Shown here: in pieces, positions 55,101-64,000 of the stretch
How positions within the stretch are numbered: position 1 is the stretch's first letter
Layout: the number at the start of each line of letters is the position of its first letter
Assembly: GCF_026571515.1 (NCBI RefSeq)
Contig: NW_026865359.1
Span: 1-64,000 of the forward strand
Length of the DNA stretch: 64,000 nucleotides
Direction of reading: 5' to 3'
From: Ruditapes philippinarum
Taxonomy: Eukaryota
Notes under the pieces: model-generated
What the model saw: only the letters and a program-made list of their open reading frames with translations
Databases searched by the model: none
Told to the model about the DNA's origin: nothing
Program-made: the position numbers and the translations under genes

Positions 55101-55162
55101 AACTTGACGCTTTCGTAGGCGGTAAGATTCGTTGTTCCTTCTTCTTACAAACTGGGCGTTAA
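48464..55162 (+). CDS. Gene B (spliced, 886 aa): paralog of gene A, HEPN_DZIP3-like + coiled coil + degenerate nSTAND3-like + nSTAND3-like NTPase + beta-propeller-like
   Basis: Exons 48464-49136, 49520-49573, 50038-50526, 50796-50849, 51603-52079, 52244-52307, 54313-55162. GT..AG introns with phases 1,1,1,1,1,2, giving an open 2661-nt frame. MADKYYRLV vs MTDKYYRLV in A; IRGIRNRLQH; ITGPRKCGKTT; VLVEDFAG. Acceptor again 6 nt before the ATG. Confidence 0.87.
49520..49573 (+). CDS. Gene B exon 2: 54-nt micro-exon (GEKVKRMKTVDHILKRLN)
   Basis: ttttatag acceptor, G|GTATGT donor. The peptide matches gene A GKSLKRFKTVDHILEKMR. Confidence 0.85.
50038..50526 (+). CDS. Gene B exon 3: degenerate nSTAND3-like domain
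   Basis: VVVTGSRGSRY at the Walker A position, DWRHIDP, LVLCREPFG at the Walker B position. Ends PTTESDPADL, like A's PTTEDSPVDL. Confidence 0.83.
50796..50849 (+). CDS. Gene B exon 4: 54-nt linker micro-exon (GTCGNSEMDFDQATRNQL)
   Basis: aatag acceptor after a pyrimidine tract, G|GTAAGA donor, open in phase 1-1. Confidence 0.7.
51603..52079 (+). CDS. Gene B exon 5: nSTAND3-like P-loop NTPase
   Basis: The frame is open upstream of the listed ORF (51806): KVIVITGPRKCGKTTLA...TVLVEDFAGK...NVIITC...HPIL. tttcag acceptor, G|GTACTA donor. Confidence 0.87.
52244..52307 (+). CDS. Gene B exon 6: 64-nt linker exon, phase 1 to 2
   Basis: tttacag acceptor, AC|GTAAGT donor, open (DFNDTAAIATRTVQRCSFSME). 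Confidence 0.72.
52441..53010 (+). mobile_element. HINE-like fragment in gene B last intron
   Basis: tttttatacgcccg..cggcgtata hairpin, GTCC microsatellite, tcaaggtcaaggtca core repeats. Confidence 0.6.
54313..55162 (+). CDS. Gene B terminal exon: beta-propeller-like domain
   Basis: ttctttag acceptor in phase 2. RICCLDDDRFLLV, PVAVCAGKEVVLIL and MMYDSNLSRLLITY parallel the motifs of A's terminal exon. Confidence 0.75.
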
Positions 55163-55504
55163 ATTATGAAATCAGTCGTTTGCCCAACGGTTTATGGAGA
55201 TAATTAAAACGTTTTATGAGACTAGGGTTTAAATTTCAGTGTATTTTATTTTTTATTCACATTTTACTTGCAAAGAATTTGTATCATAGGTACATTATTT
55301 TTCCTTATCCTGCAACAACCTGATACCATTATGATCATGTATATTATAATTGTTGGCCCTTGTTTGTCCAAAATCGGTACATTTTGTATAAATAGTGGAT
55401 ATTTCTTTCTGTAATGATAAGGTCTGATCCCATCATGAATTATAAAGTCGTGGCCCTTCAGTAGGTTAACTTTTTTTTAGTTTCCTTGTCTGCATGATAT
55501 GGTG

Positions 55505-56065
55505 GCTGATTTGTGCCACTCGTGTTTTCCGCGATCCAGCCAAGCAAAAAGTCGAGAATTAACAAGTTATAACGGCGGGGTTGCGGGACGAAAACACGCT
55601 AAATAGTCAGGGTGCGGGACGTAGTTTAATAACTAAAACTTCGCCCCGCGTGGGCGCGGGACGAGATTTAAGAAATAAAACGGCGGGGTCGCAGAGCAAA
55701 AACACGCTTATTAGCGCCCCCGCTAATTAGCGGATTTCGCTCCGCGCCCGCGCCATTTTAACTTTTAACATATCGACTTTTCGCTTAGCGGGGTCTTGGG
55801 ACGAAAACACGCTAATTAGCGGGGGCGCGCGGCGAATTTTTATTTATTAAAACCCCGTTATATGTAAACCCCGTCGTTTTATTTCTTAAATTTCGCTCCG
55901 CGCCCCCCCCCCCCCCCCGGGCCGAAGTTTTATTTATTAAACTTAACCCCGCGCCCTCGCTAATATGCGTGTTTTCGCCCTGCGCCCCCGCCATTTTAAC
56001 TTGTTAATTTTCGACTTTTCGCTTGGCGGGGTCGCGGGGCGAAAACACAAATGGCACAAATCAGC
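55505..56065. mobile_element. GC-rich fold-back MITE about 340 bp downstream of the gene B stop
   Basis: GCTGATTTGTGCCA ... TGGCACAAATCAGC ends; the arms are reverse-complementary over most of the length. Confidence 0.78.
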
Positions 56066-56940
56066 ATGACGACAGTTTTAATCTTAAAATCAATAACTTG
56101 CATATGTCTTTAACTTTAGCTCATCGCAGTTCACACACATTTCTTAACGTAAGCCATAATGATACCTCGATGTCCGTTGGCCGTTGCCAGTTGCTTCCTC
56201 ACTTGCTGGATGGCTTTTGATGAATCTGTACGGACTTAATACTAGTACTTAGAAAGTCCTTTGCTTAGCTTCTGCTTTCGGTCAAAATCTATAATTATTG
56301 TTATGTTGTTATTTACACATGTACAAATATTCTAAATAAAATATGTTTAAACCAACTTGCTTAAATGCTTTCAGTCCGCTAAACAAAATTGCTACCACAT
56401 CAAGAAATACATAAATTCTTTTAAATGACACCTTCTCAACTACTTTGTAGATTTTGATTAAACTGCATAAAGAAAAATCCATAGGTAATCCTTTAATAAT
56501 AATAAAAGTTACTCAAATGGTTCTGGTCTGTTGAGCAAGGAACATCTTGGTAAGGTAATTTTGTCTTAAAAGATCATATCCTCTGGTAAGCTGTTAAGTG
56601 CCAACGAGACCCTTTTGTTGACGGCTTATATTTTCTAACTTTTTGACCTTATTTTAACTACTTTTTAAAATGAATTGAATGTGTAACAAATATGTATCGG
56701 TTTAACTTCTTTTGAACGAGTATATTCCTTATGCATACAACAAGCGTTTCGGCCCTAAATGGGTCGAAATTGATAGAAATATAGGCATTTTCATGATATA
56801 AAAAGTATTTTTTCTCTAAAACCCGACATCATATACATTCATATACATATATAATTTATTCTATTCAGTAGTAGTCATCACAAAATGGCAAAATAATCAA
56901 TATTGTTTATGCGCCAAGTTTTTTATATGTATTATTTCAG

Positions 56941-56974
56941 GGTTCCAACTGACAGACAAACAGGATAGTAAAAG
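56941..56974 (+). CDS. Candidate alternative 34-nt linker micro-exon (GFQLTDKQDSK), phase 1 to 2
   Basis: ttattatttcag acceptor, AAAAG|GTACGT donor, open in phase 1-to-2. Ends AAA AG like gene A exon 5. Confidence 0.45.
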
Positions 56975-57763
56975 GTACGTCAAGGAGTTTCAAAACATCT
57001 TTTGTTTTTTAGATTAAATTATAATATCGTTATATAAATCCTAGTTATGGCCCCATTCAAGAACAATATTCGCAAATAATGGTTGGTATGTCTGCCGGAC
57101 TGGCGGTAGCTATATAGAATTATAGATCACTGCTTTTCTGGTCAGTAACTGAATAAAATTCCTGATTGCGTCTCTTTTATTCAATTTGTTTAATCTCATT
57201 GCTTAATAGCCTTATCATTACTTCTACTCAACACTACTGTTTAGAAATTACCAACATGTAAATAAAACTACCATTTTATGTATTAACCTAAGATTGCTTG
57301 ACAATACACATATATACAATTTGTATCTGACAATGCATTGTGTTACAATCATGTCATGCTGTAACTGGTCATAAACTAACCGACAACAGCAAACGGCCAT
57401 TTTTAATTGTATGGGTCGTCAGACAAATCAAATAATGGTAGCGAAATTTCAGACCCTGATGCCGAAAGTAGACCGCTTTTCTGAAGCGGTTACTTCCCTT
57501 TATATGTACACTAGCGCCTAAAAAATTCAGGGGAGATCACTGCGTAAAGATGATCTAATGACAGGCGCATTAATTTACAAGCAAAATAGTTCCCGAATGG
57601 TCGACGATTTCTTAATAGTGTTTATTATTTATAGATATATATGCTGATAGTAAGCTCCATGATTATTTACATCTGTGTTAAACAACAGTTAGCATCGAAA
57701 TAATAAGGGTTACAAACCCTTATTTAGAATAATATGGTTTTCTTCAGGCCGTTAACATATAAC

Positions 57764-57836
57764 TTCACCGTGGCCGAGGGGTTTGCGCGCTCGCTTATGA
57801 AGCGAGAGGTCTGGAGTTCAAATCCCAGTTAAGGCA
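57764..57836 (+). repeat. tRNA-derived SINE head / pseudo-tRNA
   Basis: A box TGGCCGAGGGG, anticodon-like arm CTCGC-TTATGAA-GCGAG, B box GTTCAAATCC. The acceptor stem does not pair well. Confidence 0.6.
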
Positions 57837-58739
57837 ACTCTGATTTTTTCAAATTGTTTAAGTCAAATAAACATTGAACTGAATATCAGTGTTGCGATTA
57901 GTCTTTTAGCCAATTTACTACAATTAAAACGCTGGAAAGCATTGGTGGCACTATACAAAAACGAATTGGTTTATAACCTCACAACCTTCACCTTTCTGAC
58001 ATACTGAGACCCAAACAAATTCAGCGCCTTCTTTGCTTTGATTATCAACCGCTTCTGCAGCGAATACTCCACCGCCGCTGCGATTGACCAACCGCTTCTG
58101 CAAAAGCTATGGCCAGTGTGGAAATGCATGTTATTAGATAAAATCACGATTGCATGTACATGTATTTTCCAAATTTGATTAAGAAATAATATCAGTCTGT
58201 GAGGTGTTTATCGGCTTTTTAACCACCGGTTTGGAATTGACCACGAAGGCCGTAGGCCTTAGAAAATATAACAGCCGCAAATACAAGTAGTAAACAGTGT
58301 TTATTGGCAGTTAAACACCTGGGTTTTTTCTTTGTCTATAGTGACAAAATCACGAGGAGTGTTAGAATTATTATTTCATGTAACAAAATGGGTTAATTTA
58401 TTTTGTAAAAGTTAACAAAAAGCACATTTGTAGTTGTCATTCTTTTTAGACATCAATCTAGGACAAGAGGAAAGGAAAGCTTAACTGAAAAAACGACTTT
58501 TAGAAAATATTTCTTGAAATGTTTCATCTTATCTTATGACAATTAGCTAAATATCTGCTTTTGTGTCAGTCGTCCGCCGTTACACAACAGCTCCTTCTTA
58601 TACTCTATTAATTTTGTAAGCTATGTATGCATTCCACATTTAAATAATATGTATTTTGACCTGACGATATGAAGACATCGTCAGGTTATGTTTACCACTG
58701 TTATTTACCTTTCTTGAACTGACCAGTTTTGGTGTCATA

Positions 58740-58812
58740 GTCGTGACACCGGGTAGGGTTGGAATCTATGATCCTTGGATGTAGAGACAGACTCATTAAC
58801 CACTAGGACACC
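58740..58812 (-). repeat. Degenerate tRNA-derived SINE head
   Basis: The minus strand reads GGTGTCCTAGTGGTTAA...GATTCCAACCC (A/B-box-like). Confidence 0.45.
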
Positions 58813-58859
58813 AATGCCTTTCATGCAGTACAACTTAGTTGTTTAAAGTCTGAGTGACT

Positions 58860-59090
58860 GGCTTCCCTCACTGGTGGTTACTTTGCTGGATTTGATCCGC
58901 TCTATCTCAAGATCTCTTTCGTTCATCTGTAGCTCAAATCTTATTTTCATCTGTCTTCTTTCTTCTTCACGCCTTCGGGCTCTATCCTCTCTGGCTAGGC
59001 ACTCTTCTTCCTTCTCTTAAAGAAACAATAAATCGCTGCCGAATAACCCTAGCTTTTCTCCTATTCTTAATCATTCGTCATAATACATAT
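58860..59090 (-). mobile_element. Ty3/gypsy-like gag N-terminus remnant
   Basis: The minus strand reads LRIGEKLGLFGSDLLFL*EKEEECLAREDRARRREEERRQMKIRFELQ, resembling the G..LGL.G..L + ERE-rich start of gypsy gag; contains a stop. Confidence 0.5.
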
Positions 59091-59189
59091 TGCTCAGATC
59101 ATCAAAATCTCAAAAAAGTAATTCCGGACGAGCCCAAAATTGTCAATTTGTGGTTTAACTTCTGAGCGGTACTTGTGATTATTACTTAC

Positions 59190-59850
59190 GAATTGCTGCA
59201 CTTCTTAGACTTGCTGCAATATAAGACTTGCTGCAGTATTGGACTTGCTACAGTATTGGACTTGCTGCACATTTGGACCAGCTATTCTTCTTAAACTTGC
59301 TGCGCGCCTTGGACTTGCGGCATTATAAGACTTGCTGCAGTATTAGACTTGCTGCACTATTGGACAAGCTAAGCTTCTTAGACTTGCTGCAGTATTGGAT
59401 GTGTTACAGTATTGGACTTGCTACAGTTTTGGACTTGCTGCACTATTGGACGTGCTCCACTTTTGGACTAGCTACTCTTCTTAAACTTGCTGCGCGCCTT
59501 GGACTTGCGGCATTATAAGACTTGCTGCAGTATTAGACTTGCTGCACTATTGGACAAGCTAAGCTTCTTTGACTTTCTGCAGTATTGGATGTGTTACAGT
59601 ATTGGACTTGCTACAGTTTTGGACTTGCTGCACTATTGGACGCGCTGCGCTCCTAAGACTTGATTCTTTTCTGGGAAGCGGACCGTTCCTAAGAATTGCT
59701 TCTTTTCTGGGAAGCAGACCGTTCTTAGACTTGCTTCTTTTCTGGGAAGCGGGTCCGTTCTAAGACATGCATCTTTTCTGGGAAGCGGACCGTTGCTAAG
59801 GCTCAACTCTTCACTAGAGAGTCGATCGTTTTCTAGACTTGCTGCTTTAT
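59190..59850. repeat. Compound minisatellite: 17-bp units (GACTTGCTGCAGTATTG) followed by four ~36-bp units (...CTTTTCTGGGAAGCGGACCGTT...)
   Basis: Direct tandem repetition, with a higher-order repeat of about 187 bp (59290 block recurs at about 59477). Confidence 0.9.
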
Positions 59851-60357
59851 TTGGTTTCTTCACTGGACCAGTAAGTTGCTAAAAATAAGCTTTCCGGCAA
59901 TATTTGAAGCTCCTTTTGAATTCGATTTTTTTCTTCTTTTTTTGTCCAATTTCATTTCATTCAAATACGCAACGCGTGAACCGGATAGAACGCTACAATA
60001 GTAACGTTACGTCAAAACAAATAAATATACAAAATGGCGGATATTTGTATTCCTTTTATAAATAAAATAGGTATTTTGAAAGGTTTGCTAATGCTGTCGG
60101 ACCGTATATGTCACGGACCGAATGTGGCACACGTGTGACATATTCGGTTCGAATTTGTCACACGTGTGATATGTTCGGTCGAATATAGCAGACTCTTCTG
60201 CCGAAAATGGAACATAAAATGTGCCATATTCGGTTGCATTTAGCTTTTCATACTCACCAAAAGGTATTTGTCACTTACCAAAAATGCGCATAAAATGAAA
60301 ATACGAACGTATACTTCACATGTGCTTTTTAATTAAATATAGCTGATTTCAATAGAA

Positions 60358-60501
60358 NNNNNNNNNNNNNNNNNNNNNNNNNNNNNNNNNNNNNNNNNNN
60401 NNNNNNNNNNNNNNNNNNNNNNNNNNNNNNNNNNNNNNNNNNNNNNNNNNNNNNNNNNNNNNNNNNNNNNNNNNNNNNNNNNNNNNNNNNNNNNNNNNNN
60501 N
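60358..60501. other. Assembly gap (144 N)
   Basis: Run of n characters. Confidence 1.
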
Positions 60502-61676
60502 GCATAGATATTTTAATGTGTATAAAAAACTTTTAAAAGTTTATAAAAAAGAAATATTTCACCGAATTTTTTAAAAGTGTAAGTGCTTATTTGTAAAATG
60601 TTTAAAATACTTATATTGGCTTCCAAGTCGTTAATTTGTACGTTATTTCTCTGATAAATTAATTCATTAATAATTCCGTTTTAAAATACAATGTTATTGC
60701 TAAAGTTTGCATGGAAAGAAATTGTTATGTTTGGTGTTAATGGCATTCTTTTCCTCCATTTGTTTTTTTGTTATATGAAAAAATCATTACTTTGGTAAAA
60801 TCATTAAACAATATGCCGCAATTAATTTGAACATCTGAAGTCGTCTTTGACGAAAACAGTCGCAATATAAAGTTATTTTTGTCATACGACATTTAATAAA
60901 GATACAAATTGTATGTTTATCATTATTTTACCATTTTCTCATTTCACAGTGCGAAAAAGTGAGGAATTTGAGTAAATGAAGGTTCAATACTGAATTTATT
61001 GAAAGAGTATAATAAAAGTTCCTTGCACATCAGTTTTCTGGTGATAACACCGGTGCTTTATAATTTAATCTTACACCAACCTGTACGCAAACCTGAGTGC
61101 TTTAAAATGGCGTAATTCCTTTCCTTTTATGAATGAATGAAGTGCTAAGGATGACGTTATTTCGTCGTAAATATTCAAACACTGCTATAAATAATAGAAA
61201 GAGCATCGAAACACGAAGCTTATGATTAGTCAGATTGCCGAGTGTTTTGATGTTCTTTCTCTTTTGTTGCATAGCCAACAGTAACCAATGTACGATCATC
61301 TAAATTTTACATTTCTATCGTTATCCCTTTCCTTATCGACACAATAAGTAAAGCCCAGAAAAATTAGCCTATCAAAAAGCATAAATTTTCATATCCCCAA
61401 CAGACAGTGCGTAACTGGAGTGCAGGTACACAACATGCATGTAATCACATGATGTTGTAATAGATTGGAGTTCACTAATAACTAATATATGCACTCCAGT
61501 TAACATTTCATAATATTCACACTGGCGATAGCTTTCGCAGAAGCTGTGGGTCCATCGCAGCGGCGGTGTAGTATTCGTCGCAGAAGCGGTGGATAAAATA
61601 CGGCCAAGTTTAAAGAAATACTATAGAACAGTTTTAATTTTGCCTATATGTCTATATGAAAACTCAGGAAAACGTC

Positions 61677-64000
61677 CATAAGTTCGATTTTCTTGAAATA
61701 CTTCTGCTCATCTAGAGGCATACAAATTTATCAAGTTACACGAATGTATTAAATGTTTATCAATGTTATAGTAAACATACAATTAAAATATAAAAATACC
61801 CAACAGATGAATGCGATCAACGATTTCTTCCCTTTATTTACATTGAAATACATATCAAAACAGACATCGGACTTCATATCATTTATCATAGAAATAATGA
61901 TAATGTTGTTGAAAGTGATCAAACCAAGCTGATTTTGATAAGATAATAAAAAAAAATCTATAACAAATGTGATGATTATAATAAATTTAAAATGGAAGTT
62001 ATGATTATAATGATGAAATTGATGATAATTATGATCTTGATGATAATGATAGGAGTAATTATGATCTAATGCTGATGATGAGTGTAATGATTAAGATGAT
62101 TATGCAGTTGATTATTATTTTAATAATGATAATGCTGGTATGCAGGTGTAAATGACTATGCATTATAACGATGCTGATTATGATGATGAAGGTTGATGAT
62201 GATAAGATTTTAATGATGATAAGAATGGCAGTAATGATGGTTGCGGAGGCAATGGGGGTATGGTTTCGATGAAGATAATTTGGGTGATAACAATTTTGAT
62301 GACAATAACGTGATATTGATTTTAAAGTGATGAATATTAAGGTTATAATCATTTTGATATTTATAGGTGTTATGATAATTTAATAAGGAAGAGGCATATG
62401 ATGATGATGTTGATGATGGTGGTAATGATGATGACCAAAATCATCATAATTTGAATAATGATGGACGTGATGATGCTTTTAATGATGATGTTGATGACGA
62501 TGATGGTTTAGGTGATGTTTTTGATGATGATAGTGGTGAATATTATGATAACGACAACGTTGATTTAACAAAATTCATGACGTGGAGCTTAACGAATATA
62601 GCTCTTGTAAGGCGTTATAGCACCACGAGTAATGCTGTCTTGGAGCTATTTCAGTCAAGAGCTAAATGCGCGTACGGTGTAAAACTCGAAGAAAATTCCA
62701 CTGAAATAGCTCATGATAAAAACGGTGCATAAATACTAATTCTAGATAACAAGCGATAAATTGTTGTTAAGGATATATTATTTCGGTTCAATCACACATC
62801 AACAAAAACTATTGCCTGATTTGTTTCAGGACGTTACATTTTAATGGTTTCGTCACATATCAAAATGAAGATCGTCACCGGTAATTTTATTGCAAATTTA
62901 CACGCACTTTTGGTCCTTCTATATTCAAAAGGGAAAAGATTAGGTCGTGTTAGATATTAAATACTATGCAACACATCGGACTACATAGAGTCATATTGCC
63001 CCCACAGTTAGCGTTTAACATTTAATGTTTGTATGCTAAGTGAATGGTGACTTTAATGCCGAGGCCCTCAGTGTTGTTTGCTATATATCTTAAATAGGTA
63101 AATTTGATCATGCCTATTTGCATCAAGGTATAATGATGTTGTATATTGGGGAGATGAAGTTAAAGAAAAAAGTGTAAATTTAAGGCGTAGTTATGAAAAA
63201 AACCAACCATTATAAGAAAGTTATATTTATAACATGATTATTAACTTCTTATTTAACTAGTATTCCTCAGAGAAATCTCGGATAATTTTAATTTCACTGA
63301 ATTTAAAGGCATTTGAATTAACAATATATTCTGTGATAAATGTATCGTTAAATGTGACCAAAAACTGTCAGTTTAATAATTTCAGTGTAGAACAATGATC
63401 AGTGAAATATCACAGTTAAAAAACTGCAACAATTGTATTCTTAATTAACAACCTATTTACTACTACATTGTCTACACCTTGAAAAAAAAAGATTTGATAA
63501 AAGTTCTGTACGCAGAACATGTTTGTTTGATACTATATATTTGGTGTTATACTATATACAGCGTTCACAAAATTAATATGAACCACTTTCGATAACGCTT
63601 CCTTCATTTGGCTAATGATAAATACGGTAATTACACGATATAGGGATCGAAATTTGAATTACAGATAAACAAACGTACTACTGGAAAACCTCTGCCCTTT
63701 ATTTAGTATCATTATTCAAGTACATCTACACAAACACATACCTGTATCATATTTTCTTAAGGGTCTAGAACATACCCATTAATATTTTAATAAGTGATTT
63801 TTTAGTTAATAAGCACTTTCATGATGACGTAATTCCAGGAGGTAAACATGTTTTGTATGAATATTAGATTTTAACAACATTTGTCAATAGTACTGTTTTA
63901 TACTTGTATTTTTATAATATTTCAGTTCGAACACATCAACCTATAGCAGAGTAAAGAAGATCCAATCGCATATAATTAAACCTCCTGATAATGTGACAAC
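61677..64000 (+). repeat. Segmental duplicate of about 22047-24438 (3' part of gene A last intron plus terminal exon start)
   Basis: Colinear near-identity by eye, e.g. agttcga(c/t)tttcttgaaata...tctagaggcatac, the GAT-rich tract, and ggaaaacctctgccctttatttagtatcattattcaagtacatc in both copies. Confidence 0.92.
63926..64000 (+). CDS. Start of a third beta-propeller-like exon (close paralog of gene A terminal exon), truncated by the window end
   Basis: tatttcag acceptor conserved. SNTSTYSRVKKIQSHIIKPPDNVT vs A's PNTSSYNRVKMIQTHTIKTPENVE. Preceded by about 2.2 kb homologous to gene A's last intron. Confidence 0.75.

Noticed and set aside
57764-57836. Functional tRNA gene
   Set aside because: The acceptor stem does not pair and the sequence is embedded in repeat-like DNA, so it is treated as a SINE head or pseudo-tRNA.
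59190-59850. Regular short repeats resembling a CRISPR array or repeat-protein ORFs (59228-59518, 59633-59863)
   Set aside because: Units are directly adjacent with no unique spacers, the 17-bp period is not a multiple of 3, the context is eukaryotic and there are no cas genes. It is a minisatellite.
58040-61600. Inverted pair 58040-58120 / 61517-61595 as the ends of one large transposon
   Set aside because: No defined termini or TSD are visible and the pair spans an assembly gap; more likely two fragments of a dispersed repeat.

Overview
AT-rich, intron-containing, repeat-dense animal DNA. The repeat types and protein families point to a mollusc, probably a bivalve (inference). The main content is two tandem + strand paralogous genes that I assembled by hand from splice signals and reading frames: gene A (15631-25255, 6 coding exons, 889 aa) and gene B (48464-55162, 7 coding exons, 886 aa). 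Both have the architecture DZIP3-like HEPN (RxxxxH intact), coiled coil, catalytically degenerate nSTAND3-like domain, nSTAND3-like P-loop NTPase with intact Walker A, and a divergent C-terminal beta-propeller-like domain. This resembles an effector-STAND-sensor immune receptor with a putative RNase effector. Downstream of gene B lie a phase-compatible linker micro-exon (56941-56974) and a duplicate of gene A's propeller exon (63926 to the window end), with no visible HEPN/NTPase exons of their own, which suggests alternative, swappable sensor tails. The rest is a decayed minus-strand gene, a LINE fragment, a gypsy gag fragment, several Helentron-like elements, MITEs (one with CAC...GTG ends and a 5-bp TSD), tRNA-derived SINE heads, micro/minisatellites, local duplications and a 144-N gap. 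All domain calls come from motif recognition by eye and need HMM/structure confirmation.
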